A program made the position numbers and the translations under genes. From positions 49,263-113,262 of the forward strand of contig JADGDU010000015.1 of assembly GCA_016744705.1 (NCBI GenBank): a DNA stretch of 64,000 nucleotides, written 5' to 3'. The notes below the pieces were generated by a model. The model saw only the letters and a program-made list of their open reading frames with translations. It had not been told where the DNA came from and searched no databases. This DNA is from Candidatus Krumholzibacteriia bacterium (GTDB lineage Bacteria > Krumholzibacteriota > Krumholzibacteriia > LZORAL124-64-63). This document shows, piece by piece, positions 48,152-57,100 of this stretch; within the stretch, counting starts at the first letter, position 1, and each line of letters opens with the position of its first letter.

Positions 48152-49327
48152 GTGTCGTGCGGCTGTTTCTGTTTTGCCACAACCCGGGTAGGATGCGCTT
48201 TGTCAGGCCAAAACAAATTGTCGGAAAATGAAATCGCTGCCGTCGTCCATGATGTGCGGCAAATGTTGGCTGTGATCACTGGCCGGACTGGGCTTTTAAA
48301 CCGGACCATTGATGGACAGGTTGCCCAGGATAGTCTGAGCGTCATAGCTTCTGCCGCAGAGCAAGCCAATGCCACATTATCCCGATTGCTGGATCCAGCC
48401 AAAGCACAGAATTCTGGTAGCTGCGATGTCTTTCAAGCTCTGCTCCAATCTTCCCGGCTGATCCAACCGAAGCCTGGTATGGCCTGGCAATCTGGCCCTG
48501 TCCCCTCGAACAAGAAGGACGGTAGTTGGCATCTCGGGGTAAACCTGGAGAGAGGCTGTTTCACCACCATCGCTTCTACTATTTTACTGGAAGTATTAAA
48601 TAACCTGCTGCGCAATGCTCTGGACGCTATGCCTGACGGTGGCCAATTGACGACCCACATGCAGCGGGTGGGGGAATATTGGCATCTCCGGTTGCAGGAC
48701 TCCGGCCCGGGAATTCCTGAAGATCGCAGGGATCATATTTTTGAGTTGGGGTTCAGCACAAGTGGGGATGAGGCTCGTGGTATTGGTCTTTCATCCTGCC
48801 GGGACCTTCTGGTTGTGCATGGGGGAAATTTGAAACTGATGGATTCATCACTTGGCGGGGCTTGTTTCGAGTTGATCCTGCCCTTCACCCCAACGAAACC
48901 CGAATCTCCTCTGGAAACCACCTGCGAGCAAGAGGTGCATTTCCGGCCTTCTATCCTGGTCGTGGATGATGATGAAGGGGTGCGGGAAATGCTGCAGGAT
49001 GTTCTGGTGGAACTGGGATGCCAGGTCAAAGTGGCCAGGGATGCACCTGATGCGGCTGAAATCTTCCCCTCCGAGCCCTTTGAGATGGTTATTATTGACC
49101 AAACACTGCCTGGAATGAGCGGCCTGGAATTTGCGGGAGAGTTGCGGCAGCAGCATCCCCAATTGGTTCTGGTGCTGATTTCCGGCTGGGGCCAGGAGGA
49201 AGTTCTGGACAAAGCCCTGGGGTCGGTGGTTGATTTGGTTGGTGAAAAGCCAATCACCGTGGATAAAATTATAGAAATGTTGAATCAGGCTGGGGTGCTG
49301 CGTAACCACCGGCTCGAGAGATCCTAG
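48152..49327 (+). CDS. Hybrid histidine kinase without sensor domain (HisKA + HATPase_c + C-terminal REC)
   Basis: 'AAVVHDVRQMLAVI' (H-box). The HATPase boxes are 'LLEVLNNLLRNALDAM...DSGPGIP...GIGLSSCRDLLVVHGG'. The REC domain is 'ILVVDDDEGVREML...VIIDQTLPGMSG...LVLISGWG'. Confidence 0.7.
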   Translation: MSCGCFCFATTRVGCALSGQNKLSENEIAAVVHDVRQMLAVITGRTGLLNRTIDGQVAQDSLSVIASAAEQANATLSRLLDPAKAQNSGSCDVFQALLQSSRLIQPKPGMAWQSGPVPSNKKDGSWHLGVNLERGCFTTIASTILLEVLNNLLRNALDAMPDGGQLTTHMQRVGEYWHLRLQDSGPGIPEDRRDHIFELGFSTSGDEARGIGLSSCRDLLVVHGGNLKLMDSSLGGACFELILPFTPTKPESPLETTCEQEVHFRPSILVVDDDEGVREMLQDVLVELGCQVKVARDAPDAAEIFPSEPFEMVIIDQTLPGMSGLEFAGELRQQHPQLVLVLISGWGQEEVLDKALGSVVDLVGEKPITVDKIIEMLNQAGVLRNHRLERS

Positions 49328-49370
49328 CCGGGAGCTCTCCCATATTCATTGCTGAGGAAAGGCATCGCCG

Positions 49371-50162
49371 ATGAAAGCCAGCCCAAATCAAATCTTCTCG
49401 CTGACCCTGTTTGTGGTTATCAGCATTCTGATAACCGGAACTGTTTTAGCAGCGGATAACAATGCGGGCTACGGCCCGGATGTCACTCTTTCCTTCAGCC
49501 GCCTTGATACCCTAATGCTCCCCGCTTTAGGAAATATCAGCGGTCTGACCTGGATGGGGCCGGACACTCTGGTGGTGCTCAATGATATCCCCGACAGCCT
49601 GAGTGAATCGGGAGACCGGGAAGTGAGGATGACTTTCCAGGACCGGGAAGGAGAAATCCTCAGGATGGAAGATTTTACGGGCGTGCTGCACCGGGGCCTG
49701 GCCTGGGATGGTGAATTCCTTTTCAGCTGTGGTGACGCTGATGATGGCAGCTCTATTCTCTACCGCATTGAACCAGATACCCTGATGGTGGAGGAAGCCT
49801 TTGATGCCCCTGGGAACCGCCCCAGTGGCATGTGCTATGATGGACGGTTTGTCTGGATCACCGACCGGGATACGGGACGCGTGGATCGATTCGATAATGA
49901 AGTGGGCGAGATCACACGTTCGGTGGTGACCCCAGGCTTTTCACCTTTCGGTGTGACATTTGATGGCAAATATATGTGGATCACCGACAGTGGCTCCGGC
50001 CGTCTGTACCGCTTGACCGGAGCGCGCCGCCGTTGGAGTGCCACCGTAAGCACGGATTCTTTCATGATGCGCGGTGAAAATGTTCTCCTGCTTCATGATG
50101 GACAGTCTTTTTGGTATGTGCCAGAAGGCGAGCATTTCGCCGTACGCATCCAAATGCAATGA
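49371..50162 (+). CDS. Secreted beta-propeller-like repeat protein (possibly plant/bacterial-type glutamine cyclotransferase-like)
   Basis: A signal peptide is present. The repeated blades are 'LTWMGPDTLVVLND', 'LAWDGEFLFSCGD', 'MCYDGRFVWITDRDTGRV', 'VTFDGKYMWITDSGSGRLYRL'. The functional call is tentative. Confidence 0.4.
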   Translation: MKASPNQIFSLTLFVVISILITGTVLAADNNAGYGPDVTLSFSRLDTLMLPALGNISGLTWMGPDTLVVLNDIPDSLSESGDREVRMTFQDREGEILRMEDFTGVLHRGLAWDGEFLFSCGDADDGSSILYRIEPDTLMVEEAFDAPGNRPSGMCYDGRFVWITDRDTGRVDRFDNEVGEITRSVVTPGFSPFGVTFDGKYMWITDSGSGRLYRLTGARRRWSATVSTDSFMMRGENVLLLHDGQSFWYVPEGEHFAVRIQMQ

Positions 50163-50232
50163 TTTACCGGGATTGAGGACGGTGTGATATATCACCCTTC
50201 TTGACAGTGGGTTTTTTCGTCATTATCCTAAA

Positions 50233-50255
50233 GTCGAAAATAGTTTTCATTTTCG
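50233..50255 (+). promoter_or_regulatory. Perfect palindromic operator-like site (TCGAAAAT-N7-ATTTTCGA) ~45 nt upstream of fur; a TCATTATC Fur-box half-site is adjacent
   Basis: Read directly: tcgaaaat agttttc attttcga, with 'gtcattatc' at ~50212-50221. Confidence 0.45.
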
Positions 50256-50299
50256 AAATGGATGAAAGCCGGCTCACGCCGGAAACCCAGAGGTAGATC

Positions 50300-50818
50300 A
50301 TGACTGAGAAAACGACCACATCTCCAGTGAACCAGGACCTGGTTCGGGAAAAAGAGAGTGCGTTTGCCAAGTATATTCAGGAAAAGGGACTGAAAACCAC
50401 TCGCCAGAGAAATACGATTGTTAATGTGTTTTTCAACCTGAGGGGCCATATTTCAGTGGAAGAACTTCTCAAAGAAGTTAAAAATGTTAACCCTCGCATC
50501 GGCTATGCCACGGTGTACCGTACCCTGCATTTGCTGGTTGAGAGCAATTTGGTGGAAGAACGGCGTTTTGGCGATGGACTGGCCCGGTACGAAGGCCACT
50601 CTGACGTGGAACACCATGATCATATGATTTGCCTGGAGTGCGGTGAAATTTCAGAATTTTACAATCCCCGCCTTGAGGCTTTGCAGGAAAAATTGGCGGA
50701 AGATAACAACTTCCAGATTTTCCGGCATCGTTTGGAACTGTATGGAGCCTGCAAGGACAAGGACGCCTGTGAAGGAAGACAGAACACGAAAAAAGCAGCT
50801 CGAGCTCACGGCGGATGA
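50300..50818 (+). CDS. fur: Fur family transcriptional regulator (Fur/Zur/PerR)
   Basis: The wHTH is 'RQRNTIVNVFF...HISVEELLKEV...YATVYRTLHLL'. The metal sites are 'HHDHMICLECGEI' and 'HRLELYGACKDKDAC'. Confidence 0.8.
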   Translation: MTEKTTTSPVNQDLVREKESAFAKYIQEKGLKTTRQRNTIVNVFFNLRGHISVEELLKEVKNVNPRIGYATVYRTLHLLVESNLVEERRFGDGLARYEGHSDVEHHDHMICLECGEISEFYNPRLEALQEKLAEDNNFQIFRHRLELYGACKDKDACEGRQNTKKAARAHGG

Positions 50819-51950
50819 TCCGGCGGGTTCGTGGCTGACCATAGAAGTCAGCAGCGAAGCCCTGACCCACAATATGATGGAGATGCGCCGTTTGGTGGCC
50901 CCTCCAACCCGGCTGATGGCCGTGGTTAAGGCTAACGCCTATGGCCACGGCCTTCTTTTAGCATCCCGAGCCTTTTTGGCCGGAGGAGCTGATGTGCTGG
51001 GAGTCCATTCCTGGGCGGAGGCCACAAGGTTGCGCGGCGGCGGGTTGTCTGCTCCGGTGGTGATATTAGGACCGGTGAATGGGCAGGAAGCTGCTTTGGC
51101 AGCCGATGCTGGGGTGGAATTTACGGTGGCTTCTCTACCGGCTGCTGCGTGGGCGGCCCAATGTGGGCGCCCCGTTCGCATCCATTTGAAAGTGGAGACG
51201 GGTGTCAACCGTCAGGGTGTGACCGAGCTTGAAATTCCACAATTTTTGGAAATTCTGCAAGCCAATCCACAGGTGACCCTGGTCGGGCTGTCCAGCCATT
51301 TTGCTGACATCGAAGATACCACGGACCATGGTTTTGCCCGTACCCAGATGAATCGTTTTCAAGGTTATCTTCAGCTCCTGGAACAGGCCGGTGGAAGGAA
51401 TCTGGAAACCCACATGACTTGCTCGGCCGCCACATTGCTTTGGCCTTCGGTGCACGGTGATTTGGCCAGGGTGGGAATTTCCGCCTATGGTATTTGGCCC
51501 AGCCGGGAAACTTTGGTCTCTTTTCGGGAAGTGGGTCATGAAAGCATCGACCTGCAACCCGCTCTAACCTGGAAGTGCCGTGTCAGCCAGGTGCGTCAGG
51601 TGCCGGCAGGAGAAACCGTAGGCTATGGACGGGCCTGGAAGGCCATGGCCGAAAGCACCATTGCCGTTTTGCCGGTAGGCTATTCCGACGGTTGGCCCCG
51701 GGCCCTGGGGGGACGTGGCCATGTGCTGATTGCTGGTTACCGCGCTCCATTGATCGGGCGCATTTGCATGAACCTTTGCATGGTGGATGTTACGAATATT
51801 CCCGGGGTTCAAGCCGGGGATGAAGTGGTTTTTTTAGGCCAACAAGGTGACGAAATCATCTCACCCGAAATGTTGGCCAGTCATTTGGGCACCATCGCCT
51901 ACGAAGTTTTGACGTTGCCTGGTGATACCTGGAACCGGGTCTCTAACTGA
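50742..51950 (+). CDS. alr: Alanine racemase
   Basis: The PLP-Lys motif is 'AVVKANAYGHG'; the overall protein is Alr-like. The conserved N-terminal 'LTIEVSSEALTHN' forces the start upstream of 50823. The only in-frame ATG is at 50742 (a 77-nt overlap with fur); 50643 is the ORF-track start. Confidence 0.75.
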   Translation: MEPARTRTPVKEDRTRKKQLELTADDPAGSWLTIEVSSEALTHNMMEMRRLVAPPTRLMAVVKANAYGHGLLLASRAFLAGGADVLGVHSWAEATRLRGGGLSAPVVILGPVNGQEAALAADAGVEFTVASLPAAAWAAQCGRPVRIHLKVETGVNRQGVTELEIPQFLEILQANPQVTLVGLSSHFADIEDTTDHGFARTQMNRFQGYLQLLEQAGGRNLETHMTCSAATLLWPSVHGDLARVGISAYGIWPSRETLVSFREVGHESIDLQPALTWKCRVSQVRQVPAGETVGYGRAWKAMAESTIAVLPVGYSDGWPRALGGRGHVLIAGYRAPLIGRICMNLCMVDVTNIPGVQAGDEVVFLGQQGDEIISPEMLASHLGTIAYEVLTLPGDTWNRVSN

Positions 51951-51973
51951 TTCACACAACTACGGAGTTTTTC

Positions 51974-52435
51974 ATGTTCAAATCTCTCAGTGAAATTTTT
52001 AAAAACGGCTCGTCCAGTGAGGAAGCTGCCGGCGAAGACCAGCATCGTTTGCGGGTGGCCACTTGTGTTCTGTTGCTGGAAGCTGCTTATGCCGATGATG
52101 AGTTCAGTGCCGAGGAACGGGAGAACATCGACAAGATGATTGGTGTGCGCTTTGGGTTGGATGAATCGGAGTCCAGTGAACTGCTGGCACTGGCCGAAAA
52201 AGAACGAAAGAACAGCACCGACTTATACCAGTTTGCCCGTTTGGTCAAAGATAGTTATCCCCTGGCCCGACGGCTGGCCATTGTGGAGCTTTTGTGGGAA
52301 GTGGTCTTCAGCGACGGCGTCCTTGAGGTTCACGAAGACGCCCTTATGCACAAGCTGGGCACCTTGTTGGGGGTGCGCCATGAAGAGTTGATGGCTGTGA
52401 AAGTTACAGTGCGGAAAAAACTAGGTTTTTCCTGA
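51974..52435 (+). CDS. TerB-like (tellurite-resistance TerB / DjlA N-terminal family) protein
   Basis: LRVATCVLLLEAAYADDEFSAEEREN...LAIVELLWEVVFSDGVLEVHEDALMHKL is the TerB pattern. Confidence 0.55.
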   Translation: MFKSLSEIFKNGSSSEEAAGEDQHRLRVATCVLLLEAAYADDEFSAEERENIDKMIGVRFGLDESESSELLALAEKERKNSTDLYQFARLVKDSYPLARRLAIVELLWEVVFSDGVLEVHEDALMHKLGTLLGVRHEELMAVKVTVRKKLGFS

Positions 52436-52458
52436 ATAAAAACGCCATCTTGAGTGTA

Positions 52459-52499
52459 CCCGTACCTGTGGGGAGTGTTCCTGCAGGTACGGTTTTTTT
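52459..52499 (+). terminator. Rho-independent terminator
   Basis: cccgtacctg-...-caggtacgg followed by ttttttt. Confidence 0.65.
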
Positions 52500-52653
52500 A
52501 TGGTTTTGAATATTCTGGATTTAGTCTTTATTTGGCAATGTGTTTGAAAACCTGGAGTTATGATGAAATGTTGGGGGTGGCACCTGAAATGCAATTGGGA
52601 GGCATTGATCACCAACCAGGGTTCACCCAATTTCCTGCACAGGAGGGGACAAT

Positions 52654-53838
52654 ATGTTCCAGAAGAAATCATTCCACCTTGTAGCCATAGCTTTGATGCT
52701 GGCGGTCGTCATGACCGGCTGCAGTGATAGTGACAGCAATCCGTCCGAAACTTCTATGACTGGCACTGATGTTTACGAGGGTATGGATTTCACTTTGCCT
52801 TACGCTGGATTGACCATCTCTGATGAATACGAAGCCTTCGACGACGACTCTTTGTTGGAGATGATGGTAGCCGAAGATGAGGATGTGTACGAAGATCCGG
52901 TGGGGGATGATCCGGAAATTCAGGAGTTACAAAACCAGGGAAACCGCCCGGGGAATGCCAACGATCCCACTCGGCCACGTTTCACTTTCCTGCGGCTGCG
53001 TTGGGGCATGGTTCGCGGCCCTGAAGATTCCCTGCTAGTGCCCCTGCCTCCCTGTGATATATTGGATTGGTCTGGTGAAATCAGCACTGATCGGGGGATT
53101 CTCCTGGTTCGGCGTGTTCTGCGCTTTGAGCGTCCCATGGACCACTTGGTTCTTCCCCGTGAAGATCGCCATACTTTAAATTTCACCTCGCACACGGCCT
53201 GCCATTACGATGGTTTGCTGCTGGAAATTATCGAGCGTCCTGGAGATTATAGCCTGGAAAATGATGAGCCAAACAGGTTGCACATCACCGCTGGCCCTTA
53301 TGCTGGCGAATATGAAATCGAAGCTTTGGCCGGCCTGAATGAAACCATTGAGGTGGATGACCAGGGTAACCTGATGCAGTTGAATGGATTTAATCTGAGT
53401 GATACCGCCTACTGCCCCAAGGGCTTTTTGGCTGGGCGTTTCCGTCATTTTCCCGATGATCGTGGCCAAGGGGAGCTGGATGAGAATGACCCGGGCACTC
53501 ACATCGGACGCATGACTGGTGTCTACACCGATCTGACTGGACGCATCAGTGGTTTCATGCGCGGGGGATATGGCCTCGATTCTGAAGGAAACCGGGTCTT
53601 CTTCGCTAAGTATATCGGGCGACGAGGTGGTTTCCGCGGGTTGATGACTGGGACTTGGGAACCATCCGATAACCCCCGTGATTTGAGCACTTTCGAGGGC
53701 CATTGGATCACCGCCTCCGGTGAGGTCGAGGGCTTGCTGGGGGGCACTGCCCAGGCTGTGGACGACTACCCGGGCGGGTTCTATGAAGGTCGTTGGACTG
53801 CCATCTGTGACGGCGAGGCTGAAGAGCAAATTCAGTAG
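52654..53838 (+). CDS. Lipoprotein of unknown function, immediately upstream of the C25 peptidase pair
   Basis: The signal peptide plus lipobox is 'LAVVMTGC|SDSDSN'. An acidic N-terminal region is followed by a ~300-aa domain. An AGGAGGGG RBS is present. Confidence 0.5.
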   Translation: MFQKKSFHLVAIALMLAVVMTGCSDSDSNPSETSMTGTDVYEGMDFTLPYAGLTISDEYEAFDDDSLLEMMVAEDEDVYEDPVGDDPEIQELQNQGNRPGNANDPTRPRFTFLRLRWGMVRGPEDSLLVPLPPCDILDWSGEISTDRGILLVRRVLRFERPMDHLVLPREDRHTLNFTSHTACHYDGLLLEIIERPGDYSLENDEPNRLHITAGPYAGEYEIEALAGLNETIEVDDQGNLMQLNGFNLSDTAYCPKGFLAGRFRHFPDDRGQGELDENDPGTHIGRMTGVYTDLTGRISGFMRGGYGLDSEGNRVFFAKYIGRRGGFRGLMTGTWEPSDNPRDLSTFEGHWITASGEVEGLLGGTAQAVDDYPGGFYEGRWTAICDGEAEEQIQ

Positions 53839-53871
53839 ATGATCAGAATCTAACATTTTCGTGAGCTTTTT

Positions 53872-53906
53872 CGGAAGGGCGGCCCCACAGAGCCGCTCTT
53901 CTTTTG
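53872..53906 (+). terminator. Terminator-like hairpin followed by a T-rich tract
   Basis: gaagggcggcc-ccacagag-ccgctcttc (one mismatch), then ttttgatgttttggtgttttgtttg. Confidence 0.4.
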
Positions 53907-54148
53907 ATGTTTTGGTGTTTTGTTTGCGAAAAAGATGCATTTGTTTTGTGGGGTTCGGTAACTTCCTAAGTTGCAGCACGTTAGCTGTAGTCGCTGGGAG
54001 GCATTGGCCCCAAAGCATGTGCCCTTGACCACCAGCTCCTGCCTAATCTGCAAGGGTTTTCGCCAAAACTCCGGCAGAAATGCTAAAATTACTTATGATT
54101 TTTTAAAGAGATTTTGAGTGTGACGGTTTTACGTAACCGGAGGTTGCA

Positions 54149-57100
54149 ATGCGGAAAGTGCTGTTTTTGGTTTGGGTGATTGTTCTGACGGTGGGGTCTG
54201 CCTCCGGGGCCACCGCTGGATGGATCAGTTTCGACAAACAGGAAATGGCATTCCCCCAGATCCAGGCCAGGCGACAATCTGAGAGTCTCACTGTCGTGGA
54301 TATCACCATGAGCGGCCTGGAAAGCAATGTCGTGATGGTCCAGGGGCAACCCCATGATCAGATTCGCATTCCCGGGCATTGGTTCACTCTGGAAGCAGGT
54401 CAGCCGGAACTTCCTTTCATCACCAGCAGCCTGGTCATTGCCGACAGTGGCAATCCGGTGGTGCGGGTGCTCAATAGCACCTGGCGGGAAATTTCTGCTC
54501 ATCCGGTTCTCCCATCCAAGGGTTCTATTCTGCGCACGGAAGATCCGGCCACAGTGCCTTACGCTTTTGGTGCTGTTTATCAAAGCAGGGATGTCTTTCC
54601 CGCATCTGAGGTCCAACTGAACGAACCATACATCATGCGTGACGTGCGAGGCGTGAGTTTGCGCATCAACGCCGTGCGCTGGGATGTGGAGCGGGGCGTC
54701 TTGCTGGCCTTGGAAAGCATGACCCTGGAAGTGGAAACTTCCGGTGCGGGGGGAATCAACTCTCGGCAGGGAAAAATGCAGAGTGGCATCGACACCCAGT
54801 TCGCCCAACTTTATAATCAGGCTTTTGACAATTACGAGAACCCCGCCAAATACAACATGGTGGCCGTTGATGGCCGCATGCTGGTAGTGTGCCACGATTC
54901 CTTTTTGGGCACCATTGATCCCTTTGTGCAATGGAAGCGTTCCACCGGCATAGATGTGCAGGTCATCAGCACTGGTAGTGTAGGGGGAACCTCCCTGGGT
55001 ATCCAGAGCGCCATCGATTCTCTGTATGCCGAACCAGAAGGATTGACTTATGTGATTCTAGTGGGAGATCAAGCTCAAGTGCCCTCCTACACCGGAACCT
55101 TCGAAGGCGCTGATGACGATACTCGCTATGGCAATATCGAAGGTGATGACCTTTATCCAGACCTCTTCGTGAGCCGCATCTCGGGCTCCAACCCGGTGGA
55201 TATTCAAACCCAGATCAACAAATTTATTCGTTATGAACGGGATCCTGATGCTGGTGCCGATTGGTATCATCTCGGGGCGGTGTTAGCCTCCAGCCAGGGC
55301 GACCCCTCGGACTCTGAGCGTGCCGGTTGGTTGCGCGATGACATGTTGAATTACACCTTCACTCAGGTGCACGAAGTTTTTCAGCCCGAAGGTGATACCG
55401 CTGATATTACCGACGCCGTCAATGGCGGAGTCAGTCTGATCAATTATCTCGGCCATGGCTCGGGCACGTCCTGGACCAATCCCCACTTTACGCAGGCCGA
55501 TATCAATGCCCTGAGCAATGGATGGCAGAACCCCTGGATTTTGGACGTGAGCTGTTCCAACGGAGACTTCTCCACCGACGAATGTTTTGCCGAAGCCTGG
55601 ATGCGTGCCGGTGACCCGGCCCAGCCCCAGGGAGCTTTGGCCACTTACAGCGCATCCACCACAACGCCCTGGATTCCCCCCTGTGTGATGCAGGCTGAAG
55701 CAGTGGATCTGATGGTGGCGAACCAGGCCACGGTGTTGGGCTCTCTGTATTTTCACGGCATCATGAAGGTGATGGACGTATACCCGGGCAATAGCCAACT
55801 GGTGGAACAGTACAATGTTTTTGGCGATTGTTCGTTGCAGATTCGCACCAATACACCAGTGGTGCCGGCGATGCAGTATGACGATGTACTGGCCCTGGAG
55901 GCCACGGTGTTTCCCGTGGATACAGGTCTTGAAAATTGTCGGGTGGCTTTGTACAGCGGGCAGCAATTGCACGGTGTGGGCGTAACCGATGCGCAGGGTC
56001 ATGTGGACATTTCCCTGACCAACCCAGTGACTGTTCCCGGCCCGGTGAGTATGACGGTAACAGGGTACAATGTATTGACCCAGGTCCTCACTCTGCAAGC
56101 GGAAGTCCCCGTGGTGGTGGACATTCAGCCGTCCTCAATTCCCGTGGGTCAGACTACGGATATAACGGTGACTTTGTCAGATTCACCAGCCCTGGCTTCC
56201 CTGGAAAATGTGACGGTTACGGTGGAAGGTTTTGGTGTGCAAGCTGTGCAGGGGCTCACCGGTGTTGACGGTGTGGCTACCATCAGTGTGACTCCTGAAT
56301 TTGGCGAAAATTTGACTGTGCGGGGCGTGGAGTTCGGCGCCGGATATGACATGTTCAGCGTAGATTTGGGCGTCAGCGGTGCCTTGGATCTGACCCAGGC
56401 AAATATAGTTGCTGAAGTGGCTGCCATCGGTATGATCGATACCCTGACTCCGGATTGGGAAGGCACCATTACTGGTACCAGCGATGTGGCTGATTTCGAC
56501 ATTAAAATCAAGGGGCCCGGCCTGGATGTTCTGGCCAGGGGATCTGGATACTCCCTGGTGCAAAATGTGACTCCGCTGGGCACGGGTGTGGTTTATGCCA
56601 CCTTGCTGAAAACCGGTTACAACATCTATCAATCGGAAATCCAAGTGATTCCTGCCTATGGAACCCTCGGGGGATCGATCACGGCTTCTGGTGGAGCAAC
56701 TCTTGATGGAGTGCGCGTTTTTGGATTCCACACGGGAGATGATCCCCAGGGAGAACCAGTCTTTGATCTGGTCAGCGATGCCACCGGCGAATTCAGCAAT
56801 CCGGTCCAACTGCCTTCCGGAAGTTACGATTTGTATGCCCGTAAATACGGGTATTTGGATTATGCCGAAACCTTTGTGCTGGAGCACGGGGCCAATGACC
56901 ATGATGTGGTCATGGACCTCTCTCCAGTGGGAGTTCTTACCGGACAAATTTCAGCTCTTGAAGGTGGTGCGGCCATCAATGCCACCATCCAGGTTATCCG
57001 CCTGGATAACAACGACCAAATGGCCTTGGTGATGACCGACGAACTGGGGCGATACACCTGTCCGGAATTGCCTTTTTATGACTACCGGATGATTGTGACC

